The notes below the pieces were generated by a model. The model was given only the letters and a program-made list of their open reading frames with translations. It was not told where the DNA came from and searched no databases. A DNA stretch of 64,000 nt from Parvularcula sp. BBD 1991-13 (lineage in GTDB: Bacteria > Pseudomonadota > Alphaproteobacteria > Caulobacterales > Parvularculaceae): NCBI GenBank assembly GCA_001657385.1, contig LYSZ01000010.1, positions 32,394-96,393 of the forward strand, in the 5' to 3' direction. A program made the translations under genes and the position numbers. Shown here one piece after another: positions 36,972 to 47,594 of this stretch. Position 1 is the stretch's first letter. The number at the start of each line of letters is the position of its first letter.

Positions 36972-38459
36972 CTAGCGATAGGGCGCGGCGGCGGGATCGC
37001 GCCCGGCGTCGTCCTCGGCGACGGCGTGGGGGCGCGCCTCGCGCACCGCGCGGCTGCGCCAGGCATAGGCGAAGAGGACCAGGGCGAGGGTCATGGTGAA
37101 CAGGTACGGCGCCTGCGGCGCGACGCCGTACAGCCAGAAGCCGACAAGCGGGGCGACGATGAAACCGGAGGCGCCCGCGGCGTTGGCGAGGCCGATGGCC
37201 GCCCCCTGTTCCTCCGGGCGCACGGCGAGGGACGCCGCGGCGTTGAAGCCCGGCGCGGCGAGCCCGGCGCCGAACCCCGCCAGCACCATGCCGAACACCA
37301 CGACCCCGAGATGGGGCAGCGCGGCGATCAGCAGGTGGCCGAGGGCGAACAGGGCCGGGGCGACCCGCATCAGCGTCGCCGGCGTCAGCCGCAGCCGCTG
37401 CACGATGACAAGCTGGGAAAACAAGGAGGCCATCGCCCCGCCCATCAGTCCGACGCCGACGATCTGCGGCGCGAGATCGGTGGAAAAGCCGAGCGCGTCG
37501 ATGAAGTAAAACGCAACCGTCTGTATCGGGATGGCGTTGATGACGCCGAAGACGAGGCCGTAGATCAGGAACGGCGCGATGCGCCGGTCGGTCGGGCGCA
37601 GGCGCGGACCTTTCATGCGCCGCGTCGGCGCCGTGCGCTCCGGCAAGAACGCGATCACGGCGGCGCTCATCACGAAGGCGAGGGCGGAGATGGCGAAGAA
37701 CGGCGCGGTCTTGCCGAACACCGACGCCGCCGCGCCGAAGCCCGGTCCGAGCATGGCGCCGAAGCCGAACGCGGCGGAAAAGCTGGCGATCCCGGCGGTG
37801 CGGTCAGCCGCGCTGGTGCGGTCGGCGATATAGGCCTGCGCGGCGGGCGGCCCGGCGGAGCCGAGAACGCCGTACAGGCTGCGCGCCAGCACCATCGTCA
37901 AATAGAGCGGCAGGCCGGAAAGGACGCCCGCCAGCCCGAGTTCCACCGAGCCGCCGAAAAACAGCATGGAAACGCCGAAGGCCGCCAGTCCGGTCACGAT
38001 GAAGGGCTTGCGGCCGCGGGCGTCGCTGAGCCGTCCCCAGCGCGGCCCGAGCGTGACCCAGCAGATCGCCGAGATCATGAAAATCAGCCCGACCTTGATC
38101 TCCGGCAGGCCCAGTTCGCGCGCCAGCGGCGGAAGCACGGAAAAAACGATCGTCTGACCCATGCCGGAGCAAACCGCCCCGACGAGCAGCACCGCAATGG
38201 CGAAGGCCCGCGCGCGGGGGCTGGTTCTCGGCGCGTCCGAGGCGTCCTGCCTGTCCCCTTCCTCGGCGTCCCCTTCCTCGGCGTCCCCTTCCGCGGTCGG
38301 CGCCCGGCTGGCGGCGTCCTGCGCCCGGTCGCCGCCGACATCGTTCTCCGCTTCGCTGTTCGTTGCCGTGTTCGCTACTTTGTTTGATCCCGGATGGGCG
38401 TCCTGGGAAGCGGGTGCGGCCGGCGTTGCGTCCGGGCCCTTGTCGTCGGGGGCGGTCAT
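36972..38459 (-). CDS. MFS transporter (TetA/DHA1-like)
   Basis: WGRLSDARGRKPF motif A, AQAYIADRT, ~12 TMs; N-terminal acidic linker with EGDAE repeats. Confidence 0.9.
   Translation of the reverse strand: MTAPDDKGPDATPAAPASQDAHPGSNKVANTATNSEAENDVGGDRAQDAASRAPTAEGDAEEGDAEEGDRQDASDAPRTSPRARAFAIAVLLVGAVCSGMGQTIVFSVLPPLARELGLPEIKVGLIFMISAICWVTLGPRWGRLSDARGRKPFIVTGLAAFGVSMLFFGGSVELGLAGVLSGLPLYLTMVLARSLYGVLGSAGPPAAQAYIADRTSAADRTAGIASFSAAFGFGAMLGPGFGAAASVFGKTAPFFAISALAFVMSAAVIAFLPERTAPTRRMKGPRLRPTDRRIAPFLIYGLVFGVINAIPIQTVAFYFIDALGFSTDLAPQIVGVGLMGGAMASLFSQLVIVQRLRLTPATLMRVAPALFALGHLLIAALPHLGVVVFGMVLAGFGAGLAAPGFNAAASLAVRPEEQGAAIGLANAAGASGFIVAPLVGFWLYGVAPQAPYLFTMTLALVLFAYAWRSRAVREARPHAVAEDDAGRDPAAAPYR
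38253..38297 (+). repeat. 3 x 15-bp in-frame tandem repeat within the MFS N-terminus
   Basis: GTCCCCTTCCTCGGC at 38253, 38268 and a variant at 38283. Confidence 0.8.
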
Positions 38460-38674
38460 GGCCGATGTCTGACCACGACGCCGCCGGCTTGGCAATCCGC
38501 CGCCGGACGGACCGCGCGCCGCAAGTCCCGCCGGCGTCGCCTTTTTTCGCCTGCTGTCAGGGCCTTGCGCGGGGGCGTGCAATCATTTGCCCTTTGTGGA
38601 GGATTTGCTACGCTTCGCGGAGAAACAGGACGCCGGAGCGCAATCCGGCGAGACCGCATTGGGAGCTTCGCCGC

Positions 38675-39529
38675 ATGATGACCGAAACGTCCGCCGCCCC
38701 ATCTTCTTCCGGTCCGTCGCCCTCCTCGTCGTCGCCATCTTCGTCTTCCGGGGACGTGCGCCGCGCCCCGTTAACCCTTCATCCCGTCAATGCGGCGCAT
38801 ATCAACGCCGCGTGGCGGGCGGGGGTGCGCGATTTCACCCGCGCGCCGCTGATCGGGCTGTTCTTCGGCGCGGTCTACGCCCTCGGCGGCGTCGGCATGC
38901 TCGCCGCCGCCGCGGTCTACGACATGGGCTGGATCGTCTATCCGGCGCTGGCCGGCTTCGCCCTGATCGGCCCGTTCGCGGCGGTCGGCCTTTACGAGGT
39001 CAGCCGGCGGCTGGAGGCGGGCGAAACGCCGGGCTGGAGCGGGGTTGTCAACGTCATCTGGGCGCAGCGCAAGCGCGAGATCGCCTGGATGGGGTTTGTC
39101 ATGATCTTCCTGCTGGTGGTGTGGATGTATCAGGTGCGCATGCTGCTGGCGCTGTTCCTCGGTTTCGAGGCGTTTCACGGGATCGACGGTCTCGTCCGGA
39201 CGATCTTCACCACGCCGACGGGGCTCGCCTTCCTGGCGGTGGGGCACGCGGTGGGGGCGCTGCTGGCGCTGGCCGTGTTCTGCCTGACGGTGATCTCGAT
39301 CCCGCTGCTGCTCGACCGCGACGACGTCGATTTCGTCACCGCGATGGTGACCAGCATCAAGGTCGTCAAGGAAAACCCCGGTCCGATGTTCGCTTGGGGA
39401 CTGTTCGTGGTGATCGCGCTGTTCATCTCCGCGATTCCGGCCTTTCTGGGCCTTCTGGTCTCCCTGCCGATGCTCGGGCACGCGACCTGGCATATCTATC
39501 GCCGCGCGGTGGAGCCGAAAGCGGCCTAG
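38675..39529 (+). CDS. DUF2189-like integral membrane protein
   Basis: [51 protein letters not shown]. Confidence 0.85.
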   Translation: MMTETSAAPSSSGPSPSSSSPSSSSGDVRRAPLTLHPVNAAHINAAWRAGVRDFTRAPLIGLFFGAVYALGGVGMLAAAAVYDMGWIVYPALAGFALIGPFAAVGLYEVSRRLEAGETPGWSGVVNVIWAQRKREIAWMGFVMIFLLVVWMYQVRMLLALFLGFEAFHGIDGLVRTIFTTPTGLAFLAVGHAVGALLALAVFCLTVISIPLLLDRDDVDFVTAMVTSIKVVKENPGPMFAWGLFVVIALFISAIPAFLGLLVSLPMLGHATWHIYRRAVEPKAA

Positions 39530-39620
39530 CGCCTTACCCTTAATTCTGCACTCGCCTGGCCGCGCCCGGATACGTTGCTTGCTGGACGGGGGCGGCGCCA
39601 GCGCTTATATGCCGCTCGCT

Positions 39621-40787
39621 ATGGCTGAACTCGATCTCTCCAGGCGCTCCTCCATCGCGGCGGCCCCGCCCGCGCATCCCGCCGCCAATCTGGCCGGGAT
39701 GACCCGCGACGCGTTGAAAGAGGCGCTCGTCCGGGCGTTCGAGCTTGACCCCAGAAAGGCGCGCATGCGCGCGACCCAGATCTGGCGCTGGATTTATCAC
39801 TACGGCGCGACCGATTTCGCGGCGATGACCGACATCGCCAAGGACATGCGCGCCAGGCTGGCCGAGCGTTTCGTCATCGCCCGCCCGGAGATCGTCGAGC
39901 GCCAGGTTTCGAGCGACGGCACGCGCAAATACCTCCTCAGGATGGGACCGGGCGTCGACGTCGAATGCGTGTTCATTCCGGATGTGGGGCGCGCCGGCGC
40001 GCTGTGCGTTTCCTCCCAGGTCGGCTGCACCCTGAACTGCACTTTCTGCCATACCGGCACGCAGGCGCTGGTGCGCAACCTCACCGCGGCGGAAATTGTC
40101 GGTCAGGTGATGGCGGTCAAGGACGACCTCTGCGAATGGCCCTCCGGCGGGGACGAGCGGCGGCTTTCCAACATCGTCTTCATGGGCATGGGCGAGCCGC
40201 TCTATAACCTCGACAACGTCGCCAGCGCGATCGACGTGTTGTCCGACGGGGACGGCATATCGATCTCGCGCCGGCGCATCACCGTGTCGACCTCCGGCGT
40301 GGTCCCGCAGATGCGCCCGCTCGGCGAGGCGACCTCGGCGATGCTCGCCATTTCCCTGCACGCGGTGAACGACCCCTTGCGCGACGTTCTCGTGCCGATC
40401 AACCGGAAATACCCGATCGCGGCGCTGATGGACGCCTGCCGCGCTTATCCGGGCGTCGGCAATGCGCGGCGCATCACCTTCGAATATGTGATGCTGAAGG
40501 GCGTGAACGACAGCGACGCCGAGGCGCGCGAGCTTGTCCGCCTGCTGAAGGGCGTTCCCGCCAAGATCAACCTGATCCCCTTCAACCCCTGGCCGGGCGC
40601 GCCCTATGAATGCTCTCCTTGGGCGCGGATCGAAGCGTTCGCCGACATCGTCAACCGCGCCGGCTACGCCTCGCCGATCCGCACGCCGCGCGGCCGCGAC
40701 ATCCTCGCCGCCTGCGGCCAGCTCAAATCCGAAAGCGTGAAGAAACGCGCGAGCGAGATCCGGCGCGCGCGGGCCGGGGCGCCATAG
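39621..40787 (+). CDS. rlmN: 23S rRNA (adenine2503-C2)-methyltransferase RlmN
   Basis: [48 protein letters not shown]; start could be 39609. Confidence 0.97.
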   Translation: MAELDLSRRSSIAAAPPAHPAANLAGMTRDALKEALVRAFELDPRKARMRATQIWRWIYHYGATDFAAMTDIAKDMRARLAERFVIARPEIVERQVSSDGTRKYLLRMGPGVDVECVFIPDVGRAGALCVSSQVGCTLNCTFCHTGTQALVRNLTAAEIVGQVMAVKDDLCEWPSGGDERRLSNIVFMGMGEPLYNLDNVASAIDVLSDGDGISISRRRITVSTSGVVPQMRPLGEATSAMLAISLHAVNDPLRDVLVPINRKYPIAALMDACRAYPGVGNARRITFEYVMLKGVNDSDAEARELVRLLKGVPAKINLIPFNPWPGAPYECSPWARIEAFADIVNRAGYASPIRTPRGRDILAACGQLKSESVKKRASEIRRARAGAP

Positions 40788-40891
40788 CCGCCTGTTTCGG
40801 GCGGCCATCCTTAAGCTTTCGTCATCCGGCTGAATCGCGCCCGCAAAGCTGGTATTCTATATCCGGGAATCATTTTGCAGGGGAGGCCGCC

Positions 40892-41458
40892 ATGATGCGC
40901 CTAATCGCGATTTTTATCAGTTCGCTGTTTTTCTCCGCCGTCGCGTTCGCCGGCGACGCGCCGCTGACCGAGGATCAGGCCCGCCGTTTCGTGGCCAGCC
41001 TCGACGCCGTCGACGCGCTCGGCGACAGGCTCGAAGCGGAGGGCAAGATCGAAAACCTCCGGATCGACTCGCGCCCGAAAGCGGGGGAGGCGTTCAGGCC
41101 CTATTCCGCGGCGGTCAGCGCGCTCAAGGAGAAGCATCCTTCCGACCACGCCAAGCTGTCCAAGGCGCTTAAAGCCCACGGCTTTTCGGCGGCGGACTGG
41201 GGCGTTGTCGGCGACCGGGTGATGGCCGCCTATCTCGCCGTGACCATGGAGGAGAACGACCCGCGCACGTTGGAGATGATGGATGGCATGGACGCCTCCA
41301 TGATGGAGATGATGCCGCCGGAAATGCGCGATCAGATGGAGGGGGTTTTCGCCATGATGGAGACGGTGAAAAACGCCCCCGAGGCCGACAAGCGGACCGT
41401 GGAGGCGGTCAAGGCCGAGCTTGACGCTTATATGGCGCAACAGGAAGAGCGCTCGTAA
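40892..41458 (+). CDS. Hypothetical secreted protein with Met-rich C-terminal region
   Basis: RBS GGGGAGG, signal peptide ending AVAFA, MMDGMDASMMEMMPPEMRDQM. Confidence 0.75.
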   Translation: MMRLIAIFISSLFFSAVAFAGDAPLTEDQARRFVASLDAVDALGDRLEAEGKIENLRIDSRPKAGEAFRPYSAAVSALKEKHPSDHAKLSKALKAHGFSAADWGVVGDRVMAAYLAVTMEENDPRTLEMMDGMDASMMEMMPPEMRDQMEGVFAMMETVKNAPEADKRTVEAVKAELDAYMAQQEERS

Positions 41459-41496
41459 GCCTTGCGCTTCGCGCCGCCTTTTCCAGTGCTGAAATC

Positions 41497-41528
41497 AAAA
41501 GCGCGCGAAACCGTTTCGCGCGCTTTTT
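41497..41528. terminator. Bidirectional intrinsic terminator
   Basis: AAAAGCGCGCGAAA-CCG-TTTCGCGCGCTTTT. Confidence 0.85.
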
Positions 41529-41568
41529 CCATGGCGCGGCCTTTTGTTACCGGTGCGTTTCCATAGGA

Positions 41569-42930
41569 TCAGTCGTCGGAATGATAGGGAATGCGCACGA
41601 GGTCGTGGGCGCCGCGGAGGGTCGCCTGCGTCACGCCCTGGCTGACCAGCGTGTCGCCGTTTTCAATGGAGAAAAAATCGATGAAACCGCGGGCCCTGTC
41701 CGGTCCTTTGCGGCGGTGGAACACCGCGACGGCCAGGTTTTGCCCGCCCTCGTCGAAGATCACGTCCTCCGGCAGGACGCCGGCCTGATAGATGCGGTCG
41801 ATTTCCTCCAGCGCGCCGGTCTCCGGGTCGAAGTCGAGGAGGGACACCGAGTAACGCCGCCGCCCCGGCCAGGCCGTGAGGAACGGCGTCTGCGGCAGGT
41901 AGGTGCGCTCCATGTTGATCGTGGCGATCCGCCGGCCGTCGGCGCTGACGCCGAAGCCTTCGGGGGAGCGGCCGACATAGGTTTTGCCGACAATGCGCGG
42001 CGCGTCCGTCGCGGCGCGCGGCGGCGCAAGGACGGTGAGCGCGCCCGGTCCCTGCGTCAGCATGTGCAGCGCGCTGTCCGCCCAGTTGGTGTCGGTGACG
42101 ATGAAGTATCGCCCGTCGGGCGTCCACTTGCCGACGGCGATGCGTCCGCCGATCCTGTCGGTTTGGGGGCCGAGTTTGACCGCGCCCCGCGGCAGGCCCT
42201 CGTCGTCGAAATCAAGGCGATAGAACTGGATGCGGCGGTTGGCCACGTTCGCCGCGAGCGTGCGCCCGTCCGGGGAGACATGGATGGCGCGCACGCGGCG
42301 CTCCTGATCCGTATCAAGATAATCCGGTGAAAGATCGAACCGGCGCGCCTCGCCCATGGCGCCGTCCGCGCCAATTTCGACGACGACAAGTTCCGCGCCT
42401 TCGGTTTCGCTGCCGATGACGACGAAGCCGCGCCCGTCCGCGTATTCCACCGATTGCAGGTTGAGGCCAAGTCCCGCGCGCTTGTCGACAAGGTCAAGGG
42501 CGCCGTCGCCGATGGCGAAAACGCTCAGCGACGAGCCTTCGGGAAAATCCGTGTAGACACTGTCATAGGCGTCTATATCGCGCGGGGCCGGGCCGCGGGT
42601 TTCGACCACGAAGGCGAGGCGGCCGTCGTCGGAGACATCGACGATCTGCGGCCATGAGATAACCGAGTTGGACGCGGGCGCGCGGGCGGCGGCGCGGCCG
42701 TTCTCGAACAGGACAAGCTCGTCGACGGCGTCCGCGCCAAGCGGTTCAAGCCGCCCGTCGGCGTAGGCGGTCGCGGCCATGTCCGCATCGGCGACCGCCA
42801 GAAACCGCCCCGCGAATGCGCCCGGCGCTTCGTCGAGGCCAGGATCGTCGCTGGCGAAATCGCCCAGCGCCGCGCAGGAGGCCGCCGCAATGGCGGTCGT
42901 CAGCAGGATTGTCCACCGTGTCAGCCCCAT
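41569..42930 (-). CDS. Beta-propeller lactonase-like lipoprotein
   Basis: Lipobox-like AASC; repeated blades (DVSDDGRLAF, HVSPDGRTLA, KWTPDGRYFI, GVSADGRRIA); start 42930 or 42945. Confidence 0.7.
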   Translation of the reverse strand: MGLTRWTILLTTAIAAASCAALGDFASDDPGLDEAPGAFAGRFLAVADADMAATAYADGRLEPLGADAVDELVLFENGRAAARAPASNSVISWPQIVDVSDDGRLAFVVETRGPAPRDIDAYDSVYTDFPEGSSLSVFAIGDGALDLVDKRAGLGLNLQSVEYADGRGFVVIGSETEGAELVVVEIGADGAMGEARRFDLSPDYLDTDQERRVRAIHVSPDGRTLAANVANRRIQFYRLDFDDEGLPRGAVKLGPQTDRIGGRIAVGKWTPDGRYFIVTDTNWADSALHMLTQGPGALTVLAPPRAATDAPRIVGKTYVGRSPEGFGVSADGRRIATINMERTYLPQTPFLTAWPGRRRYSVSLLDFDPETGALEEIDRIYQAGVLPEDVIFDEGGQNLAVAVFHRRKGPDRARGFIDFFSIENGDTLVSQGVTQATLRGAHDLVRIPYHSDD

Positions 42931-42975
42931 GAACCCGTCCTTCATTGTCGTCGCGGCTCTAGCGACAAGCCTAAA

Positions 42976-42998
42976 GTAAAATGAAAATTTTCGTTTAC
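42976..42998. promoter_or_regulatory. Candidate TetR operator (imperfect palindrome centred on GAAAATTTTC)
   Basis: GTAAAATGAAAATTTTCGTTTAC between divergent tetR and lactonase-like genes. Confidence 0.5.
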
Positions 42999-43020
42999 AA
43001 GGCCCGGCGAACACAATCTG

Positions 43021-43656
43021 GTGCCGACGATGACCCTTGAAGCGTTTCGACAGACGCGCTCGCGGCAAAAGCGGGCCGCCATTTTCGCCGCCGCGCGGGC
43101 GATGTTCCGCCGGGACGGCTTCGCCCGCGCGGCGATGGAGGAAATCGCGCGCGAGGCGGGGGTGTCCACCGCGACGCTCTACCGGCATTTCCCCTCCAAG
43201 GCGGCGCTGTTCGAGGCGGTGGCGGCGCAAAGCATCGAGACGCTGGCGCTGGGCGAGGCGGGCGGGGCGCCGCTTCCCCGACTTGAGGCGCTGGCGTCGC
43301 GTTACGCTGCGCTCCTGTGCGCGCCGGACACGCGGGGGCTGTTGCGGATGCTGATCGCCGAAACCGGCGCCGGGGGGGATCTCTCGGAAAGGTTTTACGC
43401 CGCGGTGAAGTCGCAGGTCGGCGAAGCGTTCGCCGGCGCCGTCATCGCCGCCATGGAAGCGGGCGTCGTCACACCGCACGACGATCCGGCCCACCTCGCC
43501 GGGCAGCTCCAGGGCATGATCGAGCACGGCACGTTGCTGCGCGGCCTGATCCTCGGCGACGAGGTCGAAACGCTGAAACCGCCGGCGGCGATCGCCGCGG
43601 AGGCCCTTCGGACATGGCTGGCGCGCTGGGGCGCAGAAGCCGCGCCGGCGCGCTGA
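43021..43656 (+). CDS. TetR/AcrR family transcriptional regulator
   Basis: AIFAAARAMFRRDGF..MEEIAREAGVSTATLYRHFPSKAALF. Confidence 0.93.
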   Translation: MPTMTLEAFRQTRSRQKRAAIFAAARAMFRRDGFARAAMEEIAREAGVSTATLYRHFPSKAALFEAVAAQSIETLALGEAGGAPLPRLEALASRYAALLCAPDTRGLLRMLIAETGAGGDLSERFYAAVKSQVGEAFAGAVIAAMEAGVVTPHDDPAHLAGQLQGMIEHGTLLRGLILGDEVETLKPPAAIAAEALRTWLARWGAEAAPAR

Positions 43657-43680
43657 AGACCGGTCCCGTCATGTCGCGCC

Positions 43681-43722
43681 GGTCTGTTTGCGCCGATCTG
43701 TTCGCAACGGTCTGTTTGCGCC
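43681..43722 (+). repeat. 3 x 14-bp tandem repeat upstream of trpA
   Basis: GGTCTGTTTGCGCC / GATCTGTTCGCAAC / GGTCTGTTTGCGCC. Confidence 0.75.
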
Positions 43723-43843
43723 TGCGGGAAGATGGTGTAGACAGCGGCATTTCGCGAGGTAGCGGGGCCGCGTCCGGCTTTTGCCCTGGTTGCGTTCGCC
43801 CCATTTCCGTTCGTTCCGCCGGAGTGTCGAAGTCCAGTCCCTC

Positions 43844-44707
43844 ATGTCCCGAATCAAAGCGCGTTTCGATCAACTGGCGGCGGAGGGCCGCGCCGCGTTC
43901 GTCCCGTTTATCATGGCGGGGGACCCGGACGGCGCGGCTTCCCTCGACCTGTTGAAAAAACTGCCCGCCGCGGGGGCGGACATTATCGAGCTTGGCGTCG
44001 CCTTCACCGATCCCATGGCCGACGGCCCGGCGATCCAGGCCGCGGGCCTGCGCGCGCTCGGCGCCGGGCAAACCTTGCGCAAAACCCTTGACATGGTTCG
44101 CTCGTTTCGGCGTGAAGACGATACGACGCCGATCATTCTCATGGGCTATTACAACCCGTTTTACGCCTATGGGCAAGACGCTTTCGTTCGCGACGCGAAA
44201 GACGCGGGTGTCGACGGGCTGATCGTCGTCGATCTGCCGCCGGAGGAGGACGAGGAGCTTTGCCTGCCGGCGCGGGCGGCGGGCCTCGATTTCATCCGGC
44301 TTGCAACGCCGACGACGGATGCCGGGCGCCTGCCGCAGGTGGCGCGCAATACGTCCGGTTTCATCTACTATGTGTCGGTCGCCGGCGTGACCGGCCGCGG
44401 GGTCGGCGGATCGGAAAGCGTGGCGGACGCGGTCGCGCGCCTCAAAGCCGCATCGGGCTTGCCCGTCGCGGTCGGTTTCGGCGTCAAAACCGCGGAAAAA
44501 GCGCGTGAGTTCGCCGCTTTCGCCGACGCCGTGGTGGTCGGTTCCGCGCTGGTGGAGGCGCTGGCGACAACCGTCGGCGCGCCCGCCCTTGAAGGGGCCG
44601 CCCGCGAGGCCGATAATGGTGAAGAGAAAGCCGGGGCGGGCGTTAACGCGGTATTGAGCCTGGCGCGGGATATTGCCGGCGCCGTCAGAGACGCGCGGCG
44701 CTCTTGA
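43844..44707 (+). CDS. trpA: Tryptophan synthase alpha chain
   Basis: [47 protein letters not shown]. Confidence 0.97.
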   Translation: MSRIKARFDQLAAEGRAAFVPFIMAGDPDGAASLDLLKKLPAAGADIIELGVAFTDPMADGPAIQAAGLRALGAGQTLRKTLDMVRSFRREDDTTPIILMGYYNPFYAYGQDAFVRDAKDAGVDGLIVVDLPPEEDEELCLPARAAGLDFIRLATPTTDAGRLPQVARNTSGFIYYVSVAGVTGRGVGGSESVADAVARLKAASGLPVAVGFGVKTAEKAREFAAFADAVVVGSALVEALATTVGAPALEGAAREADNGEEKAGAGVNAVLSLARDIAGAVRDARRS

Positions 44708-44807
44708 GGCCGGTTGAGAAACGGACGCAGCGGGCGCGGGGCGAAGCCCGGCCGAGCGTCAGAAACCGCAAGGATGCGGGCGCAAAACAGGAGTTCGCGT
44801 AGGGATC

Positions 44808-45782
44808 ATGAGCTGGCTATCCAACATTCCGCCCGGCATCAAGAACATCTTCCGCCGCGAGGACGACGGCAAGGACGCCCTGTGGAGCAAGTGTCCCGGC
44901 TGCGGCGAGATGATCTTCCAGCGCGACCTGGAAGCGGCGCGCTATGTCTGCCCGTCCTGCAATCACCATATGGCGATCACGCCGGAGGAGCGTCTCGCGC
45001 TCATTTTCGACGACGGCGCCTACGAGGCGGTGGAAGCGCCGGAACCGGTGACGGACCCGCTGAAGTTCCGCGACGAAAAACGCTACACGGACCGCCTGCG
45101 TGAAAACCGCCGCAAGACCGGCCAGCCGGATGCGATGCAGATCGCCGTCGGCGCCGTCGGCGGCGCCGAAGCGGTGGTCGCGGTGCAGAATTTCCGTTTC
45201 ATGGGCGGCTCCATGGGCATGGCGCTGGGCGAGGTCCTGGTGAAGGCGGCGGAGGAGGCCGTGGCGCGCCGCGCCGCGCTGATCGTTTTCGCCGCTTCCG
45301 GGGGCGCGCGCATGCAGGAGGGCATCCTTTCGCTCATGCAGATGCCGCGCACGACCGTCGCCGTCGACATGGTGCGCGAGGCGCGGCTGCCCTATATCGT
45401 CGTTCTCACCAACCCGACGACCGGCGGCGTGACCGCGTCCTACGCCATGCTGGGCGACGTGCACCTGGCCGAGCCCGGCGCCCTGATCGGCTTCGCCGGC
45501 CCGAGGGTGATCGAGCAGACGATCCGCGAAAAGCTGCCCGAGGGGTTCCAGCGGGCGGAGTTTCTCGAGGAGAAAGGCATGGTCGACCTGGTCGTCCACC
45601 GCCACGAACTGAAGGACACCCTTTCCCGCCTGATCCGCGTCCTGATGAAAAAGCACCGCCAGCCGGCGAAACCCCAGGCCGAGGAAGCCGTCAAAGAGGC
45701 GGAGGCGGACAATGTCGCGACGCTGGAGCCGCCGAAGGCGATGCCGTCATCCCCCGTTAACCTCGACAAGGCGGCGGAATAG
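44808..45782 (+). CDS. accD: Acetyl-CoA carboxylase carboxyltransferase beta subunit
   Basis: [12 protein letters not shown] zinc finger, [25 protein letters not shown]. Confidence 0.97.
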   Translation: MSWLSNIPPGIKNIFRREDDGKDALWSKCPGCGEMIFQRDLEAARYVCPSCNHHMAITPEERLALIFDDGAYEAVEAPEPVTDPLKFRDEKRYTDRLRENRRKTGQPDAMQIAVGAVGGAEAVVAVQNFRFMGGSMGMALGEVLVKAAEEAVARRAALIVFAASGGARMQEGILSLMQMPRTTVAVDMVREARLPYIVVLTNPTTGGVTASYAMLGDVHLAEPGALIGFAGPRVIEQTIREKLPEGFQRAEFLEEKGMVDLVVHRHELKDTLSRLIRVLMKKHRQPAKPQAEEAVKEAEADNVATLEPPKAMPSSPVNLDKAAE

Positions 45783-45821
45783 ACCGAACCGGCCTTCTCG
45801 ACCCCGCATCGGACAGCTCCG

Positions 45822-47123
45822 TTGGACAAGGTTGAAGCGCTTCTGGAACGGGTCGCGGCGCGCCGCCCGAGGGTGATCGATCTGTCTCTCGACCGCGTAT
45901 TCGCCGCCTTGGAACGGCTTGGCGATCCGCATAAAAACATGCCCCCGGTTTTCCACGTGGCGGGGACCAACGGCAAGGGCTCGACAATCGCCTTTCTGCG
46001 CTCGATCCTCGAAGCGGCCGGAAAATCCGTACACGTCTATACTTCGCCTCACCTGGTGCGGTTCAACGAGCGCATCGTCGTCGCCGGCCGGGAGATCGGG
46101 GACGACGCGCTGATCGACGCGCTGGAGCGTTGCGACCGGGCGGTGGGCGAGGAAAAGCTCACCTATTTCGAAACGACGACATGCGCGGCGCTGCTCGCCT
46201 TCGCCGAGACGCCCGCCGATTTCGCCCTCATCGAAGTCGGCCTCGGCGGCCGGCTCGACGCGACCAACGTGTTCGACCGTCCGCTCGCCGCGTTGATCGC
46301 CCCCGTCGACCTCGACCACCAGCAGTTTCTGGGCGACAGCCTGTCGCTGATCGCGGCGGAAAAAGCCGGCATCCTCCGCCCCGGCGCGCCTGCGGTCGTG
46401 GGCGTTCAGGCGCCGGCGGCGATGGCGACGATCGAGGCCCGGGCCGGGGAGGTCGGCGCGCCCCTGTTCGCTTTCGGCCGGCAGTGGCAGGTTTACGCCG
46501 AGCACGGACGGATGATCTACCAGGACGAGGCGGGCCTGTGCGACCTCGATCCGCCGCGCCTGCCGGGGTCGCATCAGATCGCCAATGCCGGGCTCGCCGT
46601 TGCGGGGTTGCGCGCGGCGGGGCTCGGTCTCGCCGACGGCGTCGTCTCCCAGGGGATCGCATCCACGCGGTGGCCGGCGCGGCTGCAACGGTTGACCTGC
46701 GGACCGATTGTCGATCTCGCCCAGACCCTGATCGGGGCGCAGCCGGAAATCTGGCTTGACGGCGGTCACAACCCTCATGCCGGGCGCGCGGTCGCCGCCG
46801 CGCTCGCCGGTTTCGAAGAGCGAAATTCGAAACCGCTGGTAATGATCGCCGGCATGCAGGCCAACAAGGACGCAGAGGGGTATTTTTCAGCCTTCGCCGG
46901 GCTGGCGTCGAAGCTGTACGCCGTCGCGGCCGACCATCCCGGGGTCGCCGCCGCCGAGGATGTTGCCCGGGCCGCGCAGGCCGCCGGGCTTGATGCGGAA
47001 TGCGCCGGCGCCGTGGAGGCGGCCCTGCGCCGTGCGTGTACTGAAAAATACGGCGAGCCGCCGAGATTGCTCATCAGCGGCTCGCTTTACCTGGCGGGGG
47101 AAATCCTGAGGGAGAACGGTTGA
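45822..47123 (+). CDS. folC: Folylpolyglutamate synthase/dihydrofolate synthase
   Basis: HVAGTNGKGS, YTSPHLVRFNERI, EVGLGGRLDATN, LDGGHNP, SGSLYLAG. Confidence 0.96.
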   Translation: MDKVEALLERVAARRPRVIDLSLDRVFAALERLGDPHKNMPPVFHVAGTNGKGSTIAFLRSILEAAGKSVHVYTSPHLVRFNERIVVAGREIGDDALIDALERCDRAVGEEKLTYFETTTCAALLAFAETPADFALIEVGLGGRLDATNVFDRPLAALIAPVDLDHQQFLGDSLSLIAAEKAGILRPGAPAVVGVQAPAAMATIEARAGEVGAPLFAFGRQWQVYAEHGRMIYQDEAGLCDLDPPRLPGSHQIANAGLAVAGLRAAGLGLADGVVSQGIASTRWPARLQRLTCGPIVDLAQTLIGAQPEIWLDGGHNPHAGRAVAAALAGFEERNSKPLVMIAGMQANKDAEGYFSAFAGLASKLYAVAADHPGVAAAEDVARAAQAAGLDAECAGAVEAALRRACTEKYGEPPRLLISGSLYLAGEILRENG

Positions 47124-47179
47124 CGCCGGTTGCGGCGACGCCGCCGACCGTTGCCTTGCCGCTCAGCGCCGGCGCAGGC

Positions 47180-47515
47180 TTACGCGGCGGCGTCCTTCAG
47201 AACCTGGTCGATCCATGAGGTCAGCTGGCCTTTCGGCGCGGCGCCGACCTTGGTCGCGGCAAGCTCGCCGTTCTTGAACACCATCAGGGTCGGAATGCCC
47301 CGCACGCCGAACTTGCCCGGCGTTTCGGGATTTTCGTCGATATTCACCTTGGCGACGGTCAGCTTGCCGGCGTATTCGTCGGAGATTTCCTCCAGCGCCG
47401 GGCCGATCTGCTTGCACGGGCCGCACCATTCAGCCCAGAAATCAACCAGGACAATGTCGTCGGCGTCAAGAACGTCGCTTTGAAAGCTGCTGTCGGTTAC
47501 GGGTTTCGTAGCCAT
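47180..47515 (-). CDS. trxA: Thioredoxin
   Basis: [16 protein letters not shown]. Confidence 0.97.
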   Translation of the reverse strand: MATKPVTDSSFQSDVLDADDIVLVDFWAEWCGPCKQIGPALEEISDEYAGKLTVAKVNIDENPETPGKFGVRGIPTLMVFKNGELAATKVGAAPKGQLTSWIDQVLKDAAA

Positions 47516-47594
47516 GTCTCATACTCCTTGGCGCCCTTCGGGCGGTTCGTTGCTGGATAGCGAGGTAAGTCCCGCATGCGGCGTTTCAACCTGT

